Below are positions 17,855 to 29,226 of a DNA stretch of 64,000 nucleotides, in pieces. Each line of letters starts with the position of its first letter. Positions within the stretch are counted from its first letter, which is position 1. A program made the translations under genes and the position numbers. The stretch comes from Bacteroidota bacterium (GTDB taxonomy: Bacteria > Bacteroidota > Bacteroidia > Chitinophagales > JADIYW01), in the NCBI GenBank assembly GCA_963169645.1, contig CAUJCO010000013.1, positions 198,142 to 262,141 of the forward strand, written 5' to 3'. The notes under the pieces were generated by a model that made no database searches, was not told the DNA's origin, and saw only the letters and a list, made by a program, of their open reading frames with translations.

Positions 17855-18751
17855 ATGTATCATATTCCGGTAATGCTGCACGAGTGTATAGATGGGTTAC
17901 AAATAAAACCCAACGGAACGTATGTAGATGTAACGTTTGGCGGCGGTGGGCACTCCAAAGAAATCTTAAAACACTTAGGTGAAAATGGAAAACTATTTGC
18001 TTTTGATGTAGATGAAGATGCAAAACGCAACATACCGGATGACGCACGCTTTACCTTAATACAAGCAAATTACCGTCATCTAAAACGTTTCTTAAAACTT
18101 TACCACGTTACACAAGTAGATGGCATATTGGCTGATTTCGGAATTTCTTCACATCAAATTGACGAGCCAACTCGTGGATTTGCCACACGTTTTGATGCTG
18201 CCTTAGATATGCGTATGAATCGAAAGGAAGGCATTTCTGCCAAAGAAGTAGTGAACGAATATTCTGCCGAACAATTACAACATGTATTAGGGTTCTATGG
18301 CGAAGTGATAAATGCCAAAACGTTAGCAAATAAAATTGTAGCACAACGTACGTTAAAACCCATCGAAACCACCGCTGAGTTAGTAGATGTATGTAAAATG
18401 GTGGCAAAAGGTATTGAGGTAAAATATTTATCGCAAGTTTTTCAAGCCATCCGCATTGAAGTAAACGATGAATTAAATGCCATCAAAGAGTTTCTACAAC
18501 AAAGCGAAGAAGTACTAACACCCGGCGGCAGATTAGTTATCATGAGTTATCACTCTTTAGAAGATAGACTAACTAAAAACTATATGCGCAATGGTGTTTT
18601 TGAAGGCGAACCGGAAAAAGACATATTTGGAAATTTCCAACATCATTTAAAAGTAATTACCAAAAAACCGATTGAAGCAAGTAGAGATGAATTAAAAATA
18701 AACTCAAGAGCAAGAAGTGCCAAATTACGCATTGCAGAAAAAATAAAATAA
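17855..18751 (+). CDS. rsmH: 16S rRNA (cytosine1402-N4)-methyltransferase
   Basis: MYHIPVML...YVDVTFGGGGHS SAM motif and C-terminal RSAKLR. Confidence 0.93.
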   Translation: MYHIPVMLHECIDGLQIKPNGTYVDVTFGGGGHSKEILKHLGENGKLFAFDVDEDAKRNIPDDARFTLIQANYRHLKRFLKLYHVTQVDGILADFGISSHQIDEPTRGFATRFDAALDMRMNRKEGISAKEVVNEYSAEQLQHVLGFYGEVINAKTLANKIVAQRTLKPIETTAELVDVCKMVAKGIEVKYLSQVFQAIRIEVNDELNAIKEFLQQSEEVLTPGGRLVIMSYHSLEDRLTKNYMRNGVFEGEPEKDIFGNFQHHLKVITKKPIEASRDELKINSRARSAKLRIAEKIK

Positions 18752-18776
18752 AAAAAACATACAACACAAGAAATAA

Positions 18777-19160
18777 ATGCAAGAAGAAATAAGCACAGAA
18801 ACAAGCTCAACGCCAAATCGCTGGCAACGCATGGTTGAAACCATCTTGCGGGTGTTTGGTATCGATGATTTTATTTCGTACGCACACGTAATGCACAATT
18901 TCTTTTTCGTTTTAGCCATTGTGCTTATCGGAATCATCGAAATATTTAATACACACCTTGCCGTTCGACTCAACAGAAACATCAATAAAAAACAAAAAAA
19001 TATTCAGGAATTAAGATGGGAATACATCAGTGTAAAAACTGAAATGAATTTAAAAAGTAAACAATCTGAATTACAAAAAATATTGGAACCACACGGAATA
19101 AAGGCATTGCAAGAGCCACCTAAAAAAATTGAAGTACCAAAAGACATTCTTGAAAAATAA
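18777..19160 (+). CDS. ftsL: FtsL-like cell division protein (assigned by position and topology)
   Basis: 127 aa with a single TM (FFFVLAIVLIGIIEIF) followed by a charged helical region. Occupies the canonical slot between rsmH and ftsI. Confidence 0.6.
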   Translation: MQEEISTETSSTPNRWQRMVETILRVFGIDDFISYAHVMHNFFFVLAIVLIGIIEIFNTHLAVRLNRNINKKQKNIQELRWEYISVKTEMNLKSKQSELQKILEPHGIKALQEPPKKIEVPKDILEK

Positions 19161-19177
19161 ATAACAGCATCCGACCA

Positions 19178-21277
19178 ATGAATATAAAATCCAACATATT
19201 ATTACGCATTTACCTAATAGGTGCTATCTGCACCTTGTTTGGGATTGCTGTGTTGGGAAAAATTTACATTATCCAAACAGAAGATAATGGAAAATGGAAA
19301 ACATTGGCGGACAGTAGTAATATCAAGAAGTTTGATATAAATGCAGAACGTGGTAACATTTACTCAGCGGATGATAAATTATTAGCTACTTCTGTTCCGT
19401 ATTTTGTATTGCATGTCGATTTCCGCTCACAAGCAATGACGCAAGAAATCTTCCAACGCAATGTCGATTCATTAGCGTACTACATGTGGAAACAGTTTGG
19501 AAAACTCAGTGTAAAAGAATACCGACAAAAATTAGTTAAAGCACGCAACAAGAGGCATCAATATTTTCCATTATGTGATAAAGCAGATTATGTTTTATTA
19601 AAACAAATTAAACAATGGCCTTTATTTAGAGAAGGAAAATACAAAGGTGGATTAATTGTAGAGATGCATCAAGAACGCAAAAATCCATACGGATATTTGG
19701 CGCAAAGAACCATCGGATTAATCCGAAATAATGCACAAGATATCGGATTGGAAGAGGCAATGGATTCACTTTTAAAAGGTGTTGAAGGTAGCATCTTCAA
19801 ACAAAAAATTGCGGGTGGTGAATGGATTCCGGTAAAATCATCCAAAGGAACAGAACCTAAAAATGGATATGATATTATTTCCACTATTGATTTAGGCTTA
19901 CAAGATATCACCGAATCTACTTTACTGCAAGCAGTTACAGATTACCAAGCCGATTTTGGTTGTGCCATTTTAATGGAAGTAAAAACAGGTGCTATAAAAG
20001 CCATTGCCAATCTTGGAAAAAATGCGACAGCAGCATACACAGAAAATTTCAATTACGCAATCGGATTATCCAACGAGCCGGGTTCTGTATTTAAAGTAGC
20101 AGGTTATCTTTCTCTATTTGATGATGGATATATTACACCAAAAGATTCCATCAACACAAATGGTGCAAGAGCCACATTTGCCGGACGAATATTAACGGAC
20201 GATGGCCACAATTCTCAATATAATTTTTTAACACCCGGAAAAGCATTGGCTATCTCATCCAACGTAGCAATTGCAAAATGGATGGCAAAATATTACAGCG
20301 ATAACAAACAAAAATTATACAACAAATACGTACAATTTGGATTAACGTCTAAAACCAACGTCGACTTAAAAGGTGAACGCAAACCATTTATAAACAAACC
20401 GGAAAATTGGAGTGCTATGTCTATTCCTTGGATGGCACATGGTTATGAAGTAAAATTCACACCACTTCAAATCCTCACTTTCTACAATGCCATTGCCAAT
20501 AAAGGTATTCGAGTAAAACCATATTTGGTACAACGTATTGAAGACAACGGAACCATCATCCGAGAATATTCAACAAAAAACACCGCACATAAAATATGTA
20601 GCGAGCAAGCAGCTGACATGGCAAAAGAAATTTTATTACGCGTAATTGAAGATGAAAATGGTACAGCACGAAAAATAAAATCTCCGTATTACAGAATAGC
20701 AGGCAAAACAGGTACGGCCAAAATGAGTGAAGGTAGTGCAGGATACACGAACAAAAATCTATCTACGTTTGTTGGATTTTTTCCGGCAGATAATCCATTA
20801 TATTCTTGCATCGTAGTAATAGGTGGCCCACAAGGTTTATTCACCACAGGTGGTGTTGTATCTGCACCCATTTTTAGAACAATGGCAGATAAAATTATCA
20901 CTTCAAATATCCAATCCAATATCGCAATTAATAAAGATACATTAATACCAAACAAACCAATTCCATACATCAGCAGTACCGCAAATAATGTACAAGCATT
21001 GATGCAACGCTTCAAGTTGAAATTTGATTTTAAAGAAGATTGGGAATATGCGTTATTAAAAAGTGATAGCACAAATAAAAAAACAATTTCTAAAATAAAT
21101 GAGCAAGCAAATGTAGTTCCCAACGTACGAGGAATGCTGTTGGACGATGCAGTAAGCTTGTTAGAAAATGAAGGTTTAAAAGTGATTTTTTCGGGGAAAG
21201 GAAAAGTAGCAACACAGTCAATTACTCCGGGAAGCCAAATAATAAAAGGAAATAGTATTCAATTATATCTGAATTAA
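19178..21277 (+). CDS. ftsI: Penicillin-binding protein, class B transpeptidase (FtsI/PBP3-like) with C-terminal PASTA-like domain
   Basis: N-terminal TM, SxxK (SVFK), SxN (SSN) and KTG (GKTGTA) motifs. The last ~60 aa (VVPNVRGMLLDDAVSLLENEGLKV...) are PASTA-like. Confidence 0.88.
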   Translation: MNIKSNILLRIYLIGAICTLFGIAVLGKIYIIQTEDNGKWKTLADSSNIKKFDINAERGNIYSADDKLLATSVPYFVLHVDFRSQAMTQEIFQRNVDSLAYYMWKQFGKLSVKEYRQKLVKARNKRHQYFPLCDKADYVLLKQIKQWPLFREGKYKGGLIVEMHQERKNPYGYLAQRTIGLIRNNAQDIGLEEAMDSLLKGVEGSIFKQKIAGGEWIPVKSSKGTEPKNGYDIISTIDLGLQDITESTLLQAVTDYQADFGCAILMEVKTGAIKAIANLGKNATAAYTENFNYAIGLSNEPGSVFKVAGYLSLFDDGYITPKDSINTNGARATFAGRILTDDGHNSQYNFLTPGKALAISSNVAIAKWMAKYYSDNKQKLYNKYVQFGLTSKTNVDLKGERKPFINKPENWSAMSIPWMAHGYEVKFTPLQILTFYNAIANKGIRVKPYLVQRIEDNGTIIREYSTKNTAHKICSEQAADMAKEILLRVIEDENGTARKIKSPYYRIAGKTGTAKMSEGSAGYTNKNLSTFVGFFPADNPLYSCIVVIGGPQGLFTTGGVVSAPIFRTMADKIITSNIQSNIAINKDTLIPNKPIPYISSTANNVQALMQRFKLKFDFKEDWEYALLKSDSTNKKTISKINEQANVVPNVRGMLLDDAVSLLENEGLKVIFSGKGKVATQSITPGSQIIKGNSIQLYLN

Positions 21278-21304
21278 AATTCAAAAAAATAGAATACAAC
21301 GAAA

Positions 21305-22768
21305 ATGAAAACAGTTAAAGACATATTAGTAAACGTAAATGCACTCCAAGTTTTGGGCGACACTTCTATTTTAATAAATGAATTAAAATTAGATTCTCGT
21401 CGAGTACAAAAAGGCGATGTGTTTTTTGCTGTAAAAGGTACTACTGTAGATGGACACACATTTATACCAAGTGTAATAGAAAAAGGTGCTGCCGTTATTG
21501 TCTGTGAATATTTACCTACAGATATTCCGTCAAATGTTGTTTTTATTCTTGTAAAAGATGCCCGTCAAACATCGGCACAGATGGCTTGTAATTATTATGA
21601 GCATACTTCCAAAAAATTGAAATTAGTAGGTATTACCGGCACCAATGGGAAAACATCTATTGTTACTTTGTTACATCAAATTTATGTACAACAAAATCAA
21701 AAGGTAGGTTTATTATCTACTATTGTAAATAAAATTGGCAATCAAGAAATTCCATCTACACATACCACACCAGATCCAATTGCTATTAATGCATTATTGC
21801 ATCGAATGGTAGAAGCCGGATGTACGCATGCGTTTATGGAAGTAAGCTCACATGCCGCAGATCAAGATAGAATCTTTGGTTTAGAATTCGCAGGTGCCGT
21901 ATTTACCAATATTACACACGACCATCTTGATTACCATAAAACATTTCAAGAATATATTTACGCAAAAAAGAAATTCTTTGATAACCTACCAAACACTGCA
22001 TTTGCATTAACAAATATCGATGATAAACGAGGCGAAGTAATGCTGCAAAATACTGCAGCAAAAAAATACTCGTATGCTGTAAAAAGTTTGGCCGATTTCA
22101 AATTCAAAATCTTAGAAAACACCTTTAATGGATTAGTTGTACAATGCAACGATGTAGAAGTGCATTTACAAATGACCGGAAGATTCAATGCCTATAATCT
22201 TTTAGCTATCTATGCTACATGCACATTGTTAGGCATGCCTTCAGAAATAGCATTAAGTGCCATTTCTACTTTAAAAGGTGCAGAAGGAAGATTTGATGTA
22301 TTAAAAACGCCACACAAAATAATTGGCATTGTTGACTACGCACACACACCGGATGCACTCAAAAATGTGTTAGACACTATTAACGAGATACGCACCCACA
22401 ATGAACAAGTAATCACTATAATAGGTTGTGGCGGTAATCGTGACAAAGCAAAAAGACCGGACATGGCATTAATTGCCAGCGAGCTTTCTGATAAAGTAAT
22501 ACTCACTTCCGATAATCCAAGAAATGAAAAAGCAGAAGACATCATACAAGAAATGAAAGTGGGCGTTCCACCGCACAACTTCAACAAAGTAATGTCCATC
22601 ACCGACCGAAGAGAAGCTATTCGTGTCGCCTGCAATTTGGCAAACAGTAAAGACATCATTCTATTAGCCGGAAAAGGCCATGAAAAATATCAAGAAATCG
22701 ATGGCTTGAAATATGATTTTGACGACAAGAAAATATTGGAAGAAACATTGAATGAATTAAACAAATAA
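21305..22768 (+). CDS. murE: UDP-N-acetylmuramoyl-L-alanyl-D-glutamate--2,6-diaminopimelate ligase
   Basis: [11 protein letters not shown]-loop and the DNPR motif (TSDNPRNE) characteristic of meso-DAP-adding MurE. Confidence 0.92.
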   Translation: MKTVKDILVNVNALQVLGDTSILINELKLDSRRVQKGDVFFAVKGTTVDGHTFIPSVIEKGAAVIVCEYLPTDIPSNVVFILVKDARQTSAQMACNYYEHTSKKLKLVGITGTNGKTSIVTLLHQIYVQQNQKVGLLSTIVNKIGNQEIPSTHTTPDPIAINALLHRMVEAGCTHAFMEVSSHAADQDRIFGLEFAGAVFTNITHDHLDYHKTFQEYIYAKKKFFDNLPNTAFALTNIDDKRGEVMLQNTAAKKYSYAVKSLADFKFKILENTFNGLVVQCNDVEVHLQMTGRFNAYNLLAIYATCTLLGMPSEIALSAISTLKGAEGRFDVLKTPHKIIGIVDYAHTPDALKNVLDTINEIRTHNEQVITIIGCGGNRDKAKRPDMALIASELSDKVILTSDNPRNEKAEDIIQEMKVGVPPHNFNKVMSITDRREAIRVACNLANSKDIILLAGKGHEKYQEIDGLKYDFDDKKILEETLNELNK

Positions 22769-22785
22769 TCAAAAAAAATAGCAGT

Positions 22786-24087
22786 ATGTTATACTACTTA
22801 TTCAAATATCTACAAGAAAATTTCGGACTAAGCGGCTCCGGATTATTCCAATATATTTCTTTTCGTGCATCCATGGCAATTATTCTTTCGCTCATCATTT
22901 CTATGTTGATTGGTCGAAGAATTATTCGTTGGTTGAGAAAAATGCAAATTGGCGAGTCTGTTCGCGACTTAGGATTGCAAGGCCAAGTAGAAAAGAAAGG
23001 TACACCAACAATGGGTGGTGTTATTATTATTGCAGCAATCGTTATTCCGACTTTATTATTTGCTCGTTTAGACAATGTATATGTAGTGTTATTATTGATT
23101 TCTACAATTTGGATGGGCGGAATCGGATTTTTAGATGATTACATTAAAGTATTTAAAAAAGATAAAGAAGGGTTGCGCGGTAAATTTAAAATCTTAGCAC
23201 AAGTAGTATTAGGATTAGTGGTCGGTAGCGTATTGTATTTCCATTCATCTGTAAAAGTACGCGATTACAATACAGTTTTTGAATATCAAATTAACGAAGA
23301 AAACAAAATAGATTGGAGCAAACCAATAAAAGAATATTCTGTTAGCAAAGCGATATATGAAGGAGAAGGTGTAGTAAAAGGCGATCGTTTTTATTCGCAC
23401 GAAACACGTACATTAAAAACCAATGTTCCTTTCTTAAAAGATAATCTTTTAGATTATGCTTACTTACTAAAACCTTTTACGAATGACTATCAAAAATGGG
23501 GTTGGATTATATTTATTCCATTTGTAATATTCGTAATTACGGCAGTTTCCAATGCTGCCAACCTCACCGATGGCATTGATGGTTTAGCAGCCGGTGTATC
23601 AGTCATTGTATTGATTACATTAGCCATCTTCGCGTATGTTTCCGGTAACATTAAATTCGCCGATTATCTAAACGTACTATATATACCAAACACCGGAGAA
23701 GTGGTAATTGTATGTGCAGCATTAATTGGTGCAACCATCGGATTTTTATGGTACAATTCCTTTCCGGCTACTGTATTTATGGGTGATACAGGCAGCTTAA
23801 TGTTAGGCGGTGTTATTGCTACAATTGCCATCATTGTGCGAAAAGAATTATTGATTCCGGTTCTATGTGGCATCTTCTTCGTAGAAAATTTATCGGTAAT
23901 GATGCAAGTAGCCTATTTCAAATACACAAAGAAAAAATATGGTGAAGGCAGACGCATTTTTAAAATGTCGCCACTACATCATCATTATCAAAAATCAGGA
24001 TACCACGAAGCAAAGATTGTATTGCGTTTTTGGGTTGTGAGCGTACTATTAGCCGTCATCACATTTGTAACACTAAAAATCAGATAA
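22786..24087 (+). CDS. mraY: Phospho-N-acetylmuramoyl-pentapeptide transferase
   Basis: [21 protein letters not shown] and SPLHHHY motifs; polytopic membrane protein. Confidence 0.93.
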   Translation: MLYYLFKYLQENFGLSGSGLFQYISFRASMAIILSLIISMLIGRRIIRWLRKMQIGESVRDLGLQGQVEKKGTPTMGGVIIIAAIVIPTLLFARLDNVYVVLLLISTIWMGGIGFLDDYIKVFKKDKEGLRGKFKILAQVVLGLVVGSVLYFHSSVKVRDYNTVFEYQINEENKIDWSKPIKEYSVSKAIYEGEGVVKGDRFYSHETRTLKTNVPFLKDNLLDYAYLLKPFTNDYQKWGWIIFIPFVIFVITAVSNAANLTDGIDGLAAGVSVIVLITLAIFAYVSGNIKFADYLNVLYIPNTGEVVIVCAALIGATIGFLWYNSFPATVFMGDTGSLMLGGVIATIAIIVRKELLIPVLCGIFFVENLSVMMQVAYFKYTKKKYGEGRRIFKMSPLHHHYQKSGYHEAKIVLRFWVVSVLLAVITFVTLKIR

Positions 24088-24126
24088 AGACTGAATAAAT
24101 TTTTGCAAGAGAGAAAGAAAGAAAAA

Positions 24127-25464
24127 ATGAAAGAAAAAATTGTCATATTAGGTAGTGGTGAAAGCGGCGTAGGTGCTGCCATCTTAGCACAAAAGCAAGG
24201 TGCCGATGTTTTTGTATCTGATTTTGGCACGATTAAACCAACTTATAAAGAAGAACTAACTGCTCGTGGAATCCCATTTGAAGAAGGGAAACATACAGAA
24301 GACATCATCTTATCGGCAACAACTATAATTAAAAGTCCTGGAATTGCAGATAAAGTTGCCATCGTAAAAAAAATAAAAGAAAAAAATATTCCGATTATTT
24401 CTGAGATAGAATACGGTTATCTATATTCCAATGCAACTATTATTGCTATCACAGGTACAAACGGAAAAACTACCACTACTTCTCTCACCTATCACATATT
24501 GGAAAAAGCCGGATTAGATGTTGGTTTAGGTGGCAATATCGGAACATCTTTTGCAAGGCAAGTTGCCGATGGCGACAGAGCGTATTTTGTTTTAGAATTA
24601 AGTAGTTTTCAATTAGATAATTGTATCCGCTTCAAACCACATATTGCTATACTTTGCAACATCACCGAAGATCATTTAGATAGATATGATTATCAATTTG
24701 AAAAGTACATTCAATCTAAATTCAGCATTACTAAAAACCAAACCGAACAAGATTATTTTATTTATTGTGAAGATGATGCCATTACCATTCAACATCTAAT
24801 CAAAGCCAATCCGCACGTACAAAAAATCCCATTTTCTTATCATAAAGAAATACAAAATGGTGCTTTTGTAACCAATCAAGAAATTATTATACAACTCAAT
24901 AAAAACAACTTTACTATGCCAATCAGTGAATTATCTATCCAAGGAATCCACAATTCCTACAACTCTATGGCAGCTGCCATTTCTGCAAAATTAGTAGGCG
25001 TACGCAACGAAAAAATCCGCGAAAGTTTAGAAGATTTCAAAAACTTAGAACATCGTTTGGAATTTGTTGCCACTATTAAAGGTGTAGATTTTATTAATGA
25101 TTCCAAAGCAACCAACGTAAACTCTACTTGGTATGCATTAGAGTCTATGACAAAACCTACTGTATTAATTGCAGGTGGCGTAGACAAAGGGAATGATTAC
25201 ACTTTAATAAAAGAATTAGTAAACAGTCGCGTAAAAGCCATCATTTGTTTAGGGAAAGACAACGAGAAATTACACGAAGCCTTTGCATCTGAAGTAGGTT
25301 ATATCGTAGATACGCAAAGCATGGAACAAGCTGTACAAATGGCGTATAACATTAGCGAAAAAGGTGATGTGGTATTATTATCACCATGCTGTGCCTCTTT
25401 TGATTTATTTGAAAACTACGAAGATAGAGGCAAACAATTCAAAAGAAATGTAATAAACTTATAA
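24127..25464 (+). CDS. murD: UDP-N-acetylmuramoylalanine--D-glutamate ligase
   Basis: MKEKIVILGSGESGVGAA Rossmann N-terminus and [11 protein letters not shown]-loop. Start moved from TTG at 24103 to ATG at 24127. Confidence 0.92.
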   Translation: MKEKIVILGSGESGVGAAILAQKQGADVFVSDFGTIKPTYKEELTARGIPFEEGKHTEDIILSATTIIKSPGIADKVAIVKKIKEKNIPIISEIEYGYLYSNATIIAITGTNGKTTTTSLTYHILEKAGLDVGLGGNIGTSFARQVADGDRAYFVLELSSFQLDNCIRFKPHIAILCNITEDHLDRYDYQFEKYIQSKFSITKNQTEQDYFIYCEDDAITIQHLIKANPHVQKIPFSYHKEIQNGAFVTNQEIIIQLNKNNFTMPISELSIQGIHNSYNSMAAAISAKLVGVRNEKIRESLEDFKNLEHRLEFVATIKGVDFINDSKATNVNSTWYALESMTKPTVLIAGGVDKGNDYTLIKELVNSRVKAIICLGKDNEKLHEAFASEVGYIVDTQSMEQAVQMAYNISEKGDVVLLSPCCASFDLFENYEDRGKQFKRNVINL

Positions 25465-25477
25465 AAAAGAAAGTAGC

Positions 25478-26683
25478 ATGCTTAGTAGAATAAGAAACAA
25501 TATTAAAGGAGATAAATACATCTGGTATGTCATTGGCATACTCAGTATTATCTCTATTTTATTGGTATATAGTTCTACACGCTCATTAGCATACAAAGAT
25601 ATGCAAGGCAATACTGAGTATTATTTATTCCGCCATGGTTTTATATTACTTGCCGGATTGGGCATCATCTATTTAGTACACCAAATAGATCATCGCTACT
25701 TTTCACGAATTGCACAAATGATGTTATTCTTGGCCGTTCCTTTATTGATATATACTAAATTATTTGGTGTTACTATTAATGAAGCAAGCAGATGGGTACG
25801 CATTCCAATAATTGGATTAACGTTCCAATCATCCGATTTTGCAAAACTTGCATTAATCATGTACACATCTAGAACCTTATCAAAAAAGCAAGGTGTAATT
25901 AAAAACATGGGCGAAGTAATCAAGCATTTAATGTTGCCAATCGGTGTTATCTGTGGCTTAATTATGTTCGATAATTTTTCATCTGCCGGTATCTTATTTG
26001 CTACATGTATCGTTGTTTTATTTATAGGAAGAGTAAGTACTAAATTCATTGTTGCCATTGGCATTGGCGGTATAATATTGGCATCTATCTTATTTACTTT
26101 TTCATGGTACTTTGAGGAAGACCACGGACGTGCTGACGAATGGGTTAGTCGGGTGGAAAATTGGATTCATCCGGATGAAGATGCAGATGAATTTTATCAA
26201 CAAAAACAAGCTAATATTGCTATTGCAAAAGGTGGTTTAGTACGTTTTGCTCCGGGAAAATCAACACAATGTAATTTTTTACCGGATGCCTTTTCTGATT
26301 TTATTTATGCCACGCTGATTGAAGAATACGGATTATTAGGCGGAGCATTGGCGTTATTCATGTATTTATTTTTTCTGTGGCGAATTATCTTATTACTCAA
26401 AAAATCGAAGAAAGCATTTGGTGCATTGATGGCGGTTGGATTAGGCATTAGCATCGTGTTACAAGCCATCATTCACATGGGTGTAAATGTTCATTTATTG
26501 CCCAACACAGGCATCACCTTACCGCTTATCAGTTGGGGTGGAACGAGTATTTGGTTTAATGCTTTTGCATTTGGAATAATTCTTAGCGTTAGCAGACATA
26601 TAGAAGAAAGAGAACAAGAAACGGTCAACACATCCACTACAAAAAAAGAGAAAACAAAAGTAGTAGATGAAATTCATGGTTAA
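25478..26683 (+). CDS. ftsW: SEDS-family peptidoglycan glycosyltransferase FtsW
   Basis: FtsW/RodA/SpoVE-like polytopic protein (…SDFAKLALIMY…, …LPLISWGGTS…) in the murD-murG slot. Confidence 0.9.
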   Translation: MLSRIRNNIKGDKYIWYVIGILSIISILLVYSSTRSLAYKDMQGNTEYYLFRHGFILLAGLGIIYLVHQIDHRYFSRIAQMMLFLAVPLLIYTKLFGVTINEASRWVRIPIIGLTFQSSDFAKLALIMYTSRTLSKKQGVIKNMGEVIKHLMLPIGVICGLIMFDNFSSAGILFATCIVVLFIGRVSTKFIVAIGIGGIILASILFTFSWYFEEDHGRADEWVSRVENWIHPDEDADEFYQQKQANIAIAKGGLVRFAPGKSTQCNFLPDAFSDFIYATLIEEYGLLGGALALFMYLFFLWRIILLLKKSKKAFGALMAVGLGISIVLQAIIHMGVNVHLLPNTGITLPLISWGGTSIWFNAFAFGIILSVSRHIEEREQETVNTSTTKKEKTKVVDEIHG

Positions 26684-26703
26684 AATTTTTAGAGTTAATA
26701 CAT

Positions 26704-27828
26704 TTGGATAATAATATACATAACAAGCAACACGCACCGCGATACATCATCGCTGGTGGTGGCACAGGCGGACACATTTTTCCGGCAGTTGCTATCGCAG
26801 ATGCATTGAAACAACAACAACCTAACTGCGATATTTTATTTGTAGGTGCCAGCGGCAGAATGGAAATGGAGAAAGTACCACAAGCCGGATATGAAATTGT
26901 CGGATTGGAAGTTGTCGGATTGCAACGTAGTCTAACAATAAAAAATTTAATTTTCCCATTTAAGCTTTTAAAAAGTTTATTTCAGGCATTCCGCGTCGTT
27001 CGTCAGTTTAAACCCAATGCTTGTATTGGTGTGGGTGGTTATGCAAGCGGACCTGTATTATTTATTGCAGCACTATTAAGAATAAATATTTTTATACAAG
27101 AACAAAATTCATATCCGGGTATTACGAATAAAATACTATCTAAGTTGGCTCAAAAAATATTCGTAGCATACGATAACTTATCTGCATTTTTTAATCCAAG
27201 TAAAATTATACTAACCGGTAATCCTGTACGGAAAGACATCACAGCAACCTTACCAAGCAAAGAGGAGGCACTTAATCATTTTCATCTGAATAAAAACAAA
27301 AAAACAATCTTAGTAATTGGTGGCAGTTTAGGTGCCCGAACAATTAACGAAGCCATAGAATTAAATATTGATTTATTCTCTACCAATAACATCCAAGTAC
27401 TTTGGCAAACGGGTAAAGCATATTACGATGCAATCATTGAACGTACTAAAAATAAAAACACAACAGACATTAAAATACATCAATTTATTAAAGAGATGAA
27501 TTATGCATATGCAGCGGCTGATATTATAATTTCACGCGCCGGAGCATTATCCATTTCTGAATTATGTATCATCGGCAAGCCGGCGATATTTATTCCATCA
27601 CCAAATGTTTCTGAAGATCATCAAACAAAAAATGCAATGGCATTAGTACAGAAAGATGCTGCCTTATTGGTGAAAGACAGTGAAGCTAAAGAGATGTTGG
27701 GTGTTGTGTTGTTAAACATTTTAAAAGATGAAAACAAACAAAAAACATTGGCAGCGAACATCCGCAGCTTAGCAAAAACAAATGCAGCAAATGAAATTGC
27801 TAACAACATTATACAATACGGCAAATAA
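26704..27828 (+). CDS. murG: UDP-N-acetylglucosamine--N-acetylmuramyl-(pentapeptide) pyrophosphoryl-undecaprenol GlcNAc transferase
   Basis: IIAGGGTGGHIFPAVAIA G-loop and C-terminal ...ISRAGALSISEL..., ...DHQTKNA. TTG start as in the ORF track; there is no in-frame ATG nearby. Confidence 0.9.
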   Translation: MDNNIHNKQHAPRYIIAGGGTGGHIFPAVAIADALKQQQPNCDILFVGASGRMEMEKVPQAGYEIVGLEVVGLQRSLTIKNLIFPFKLLKSLFQAFRVVRQFKPNACIGVGGYASGPVLFIAALLRINIFIQEQNSYPGITNKILSKLAQKIFVAYDNLSAFFNPSKIILTGNPVRKDITATLPSKEEALNHFHLNKNKKTILVIGGSLGARTINEAIELNIDLFSTNNIQVLWQTGKAYYDAIIERTKNKNTTDIKIHQFIKEMNYAYAAADIIISRAGALSISELCIIGKPAIFIPSPNVSEDHQTKNAMALVQKDAALLVKDSEAKEMLGVVLLNILKDENKQKTLAANIRSLAKTNAANEIANNIIQYGK

Positions 27829-27856
27829 AAAATATTTGATTTTATAATTACAAAGA

Positions 27857-29218
27857 ATGATTGACTTAAATAACATACAACGCATTTACTTTCTTGGCAT
27901 CGGCGGTATTGGCATGAGTGCGTTGGCACGCTATTTTAATTTGCACGGCAAGATAGTTTCCGGATATGACAAAACACCGACAACGTTAACCGATGCTTTA
28001 ATTCAGGAAGGTATTGAAATAACATTTGAAGATAATTTGGAAACTTTAGATAAAAAGGCAGACTTAATTATCTTCACACCGGCTATTCCTAAAAATCACC
28101 TTCAATACAATTGGTATTTACAAAATAATTATACTGTTCTAAAACGTGCGCAAATATTAGGGTTAGCGGCCAATTCCATGTATAATATTTCTATTGGTGG
28201 CTCACACGGAAAAACATCCACTTCATCTATAACAGCACACATTTTAAAAACAGCGAACAAAAGTGTTGCCGCATTTTTAGGCGGTATTTGCATCAACTTC
28301 AATTCTAATTTTATTGACGGCAATAAATACGCAGTTGCAGAAGCCGATGAATTCGATCGTTCATTCTTGAATTTAGAACCCAACATTGCACTCATTACTT
28401 CTGTAGATACTGACCATTTAGATATTTATGGCAATTTGGAAGCGATAGAACATTCATTCCAACAATTCTGTAATAAAGTAAGACCCAATGGAATTTTAAT
28501 TACACATAGCGCTGTAACAGATAGAATAATCAACAATAATGTTAAGCATTTAAAATATAGTTTAAACGACACTACAGCTGATTTTCATGCAATCAACTTA
28601 AAAATTAGCAATGGTGCATACACTTTTGATGTCGTGCATCCAAATGGTATTATACCAAACATCACTTCCTTTTACGGCGGAAAACACAATATTGAAAATG
28701 CCATTGGTGCCATTGCAATAGCAGTAAATATTGATATTTCAGACGATGATATAAGAAATGCCATTGCTACTTTCCAAGGTGTAAAAAGAAGATTTGAAAC
28801 TCATGTACGGAACGAAAACCATGTATATATTGATGACTATGCACATCATCCGCGTGAATTAGATGCTACTATTGCTGCAGCCAAAGAATTGTATCCTAAT
28901 AAAAAACTAACAGTTGTATTTCAACCGCATTTATTTTCTCGCACTAAAGATTTATGTGATGAATTTGCCGCTTCCTTATCCAAAGCAGATGAACTTATTT
29001 TATTAGACATCTACCCGGCTCGCGAGCTACCGATAGAAGGCGTTACCAGTCAGATAATTTTAGATAAAGTAACTATTCCGAATAAACGAATAGTCTCTAA
29101 ACAAGCATTGTTAGCAACTTTAGAACAAGAAAAAAACATCGAAGTATTGCTTACTGTAGGTGCCGGTGATATTGACACAAAAGTATCTGACATAAAAAAT
29201 TTGCTCAACACTAAATAA
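27857..29218 (+). CDS. murC: UDP-N-acetylmuramate--L-alanine ligase
   Basis: FLGIGGIGMSALARY and GSHGKTSTSS motifs; DDYAHHP. Confidence 0.92.
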   Translation: MIDLNNIQRIYFLGIGGIGMSALARYFNLHGKIVSGYDKTPTTLTDALIQEGIEITFEDNLETLDKKADLIIFTPAIPKNHLQYNWYLQNNYTVLKRAQILGLAANSMYNISIGGSHGKTSTSSITAHILKTANKSVAAFLGGICINFNSNFIDGNKYAVAEADEFDRSFLNLEPNIALITSVDTDHLDIYGNLEAIEHSFQQFCNKVRPNGILITHSAVTDRIINNNVKHLKYSLNDTTADFHAINLKISNGAYTFDVVHPNGIIPNITSFYGGKHNIENAIGAIAIAVNIDISDDDIRNAIATFQGVKRRFETHVRNENHVYIDDYAHHPRELDATIAAAKELYPNKKLTVVFQPHLFSRTKDLCDEFAASLSKADELILLDIYPARELPIEGVTSQIILDKVTIPNKRIVSKQALLATLEQEKNIEVLLTVGAGDIDTKVSDIKNLLNTK

Positions 29219-29226
29219 GAATTATT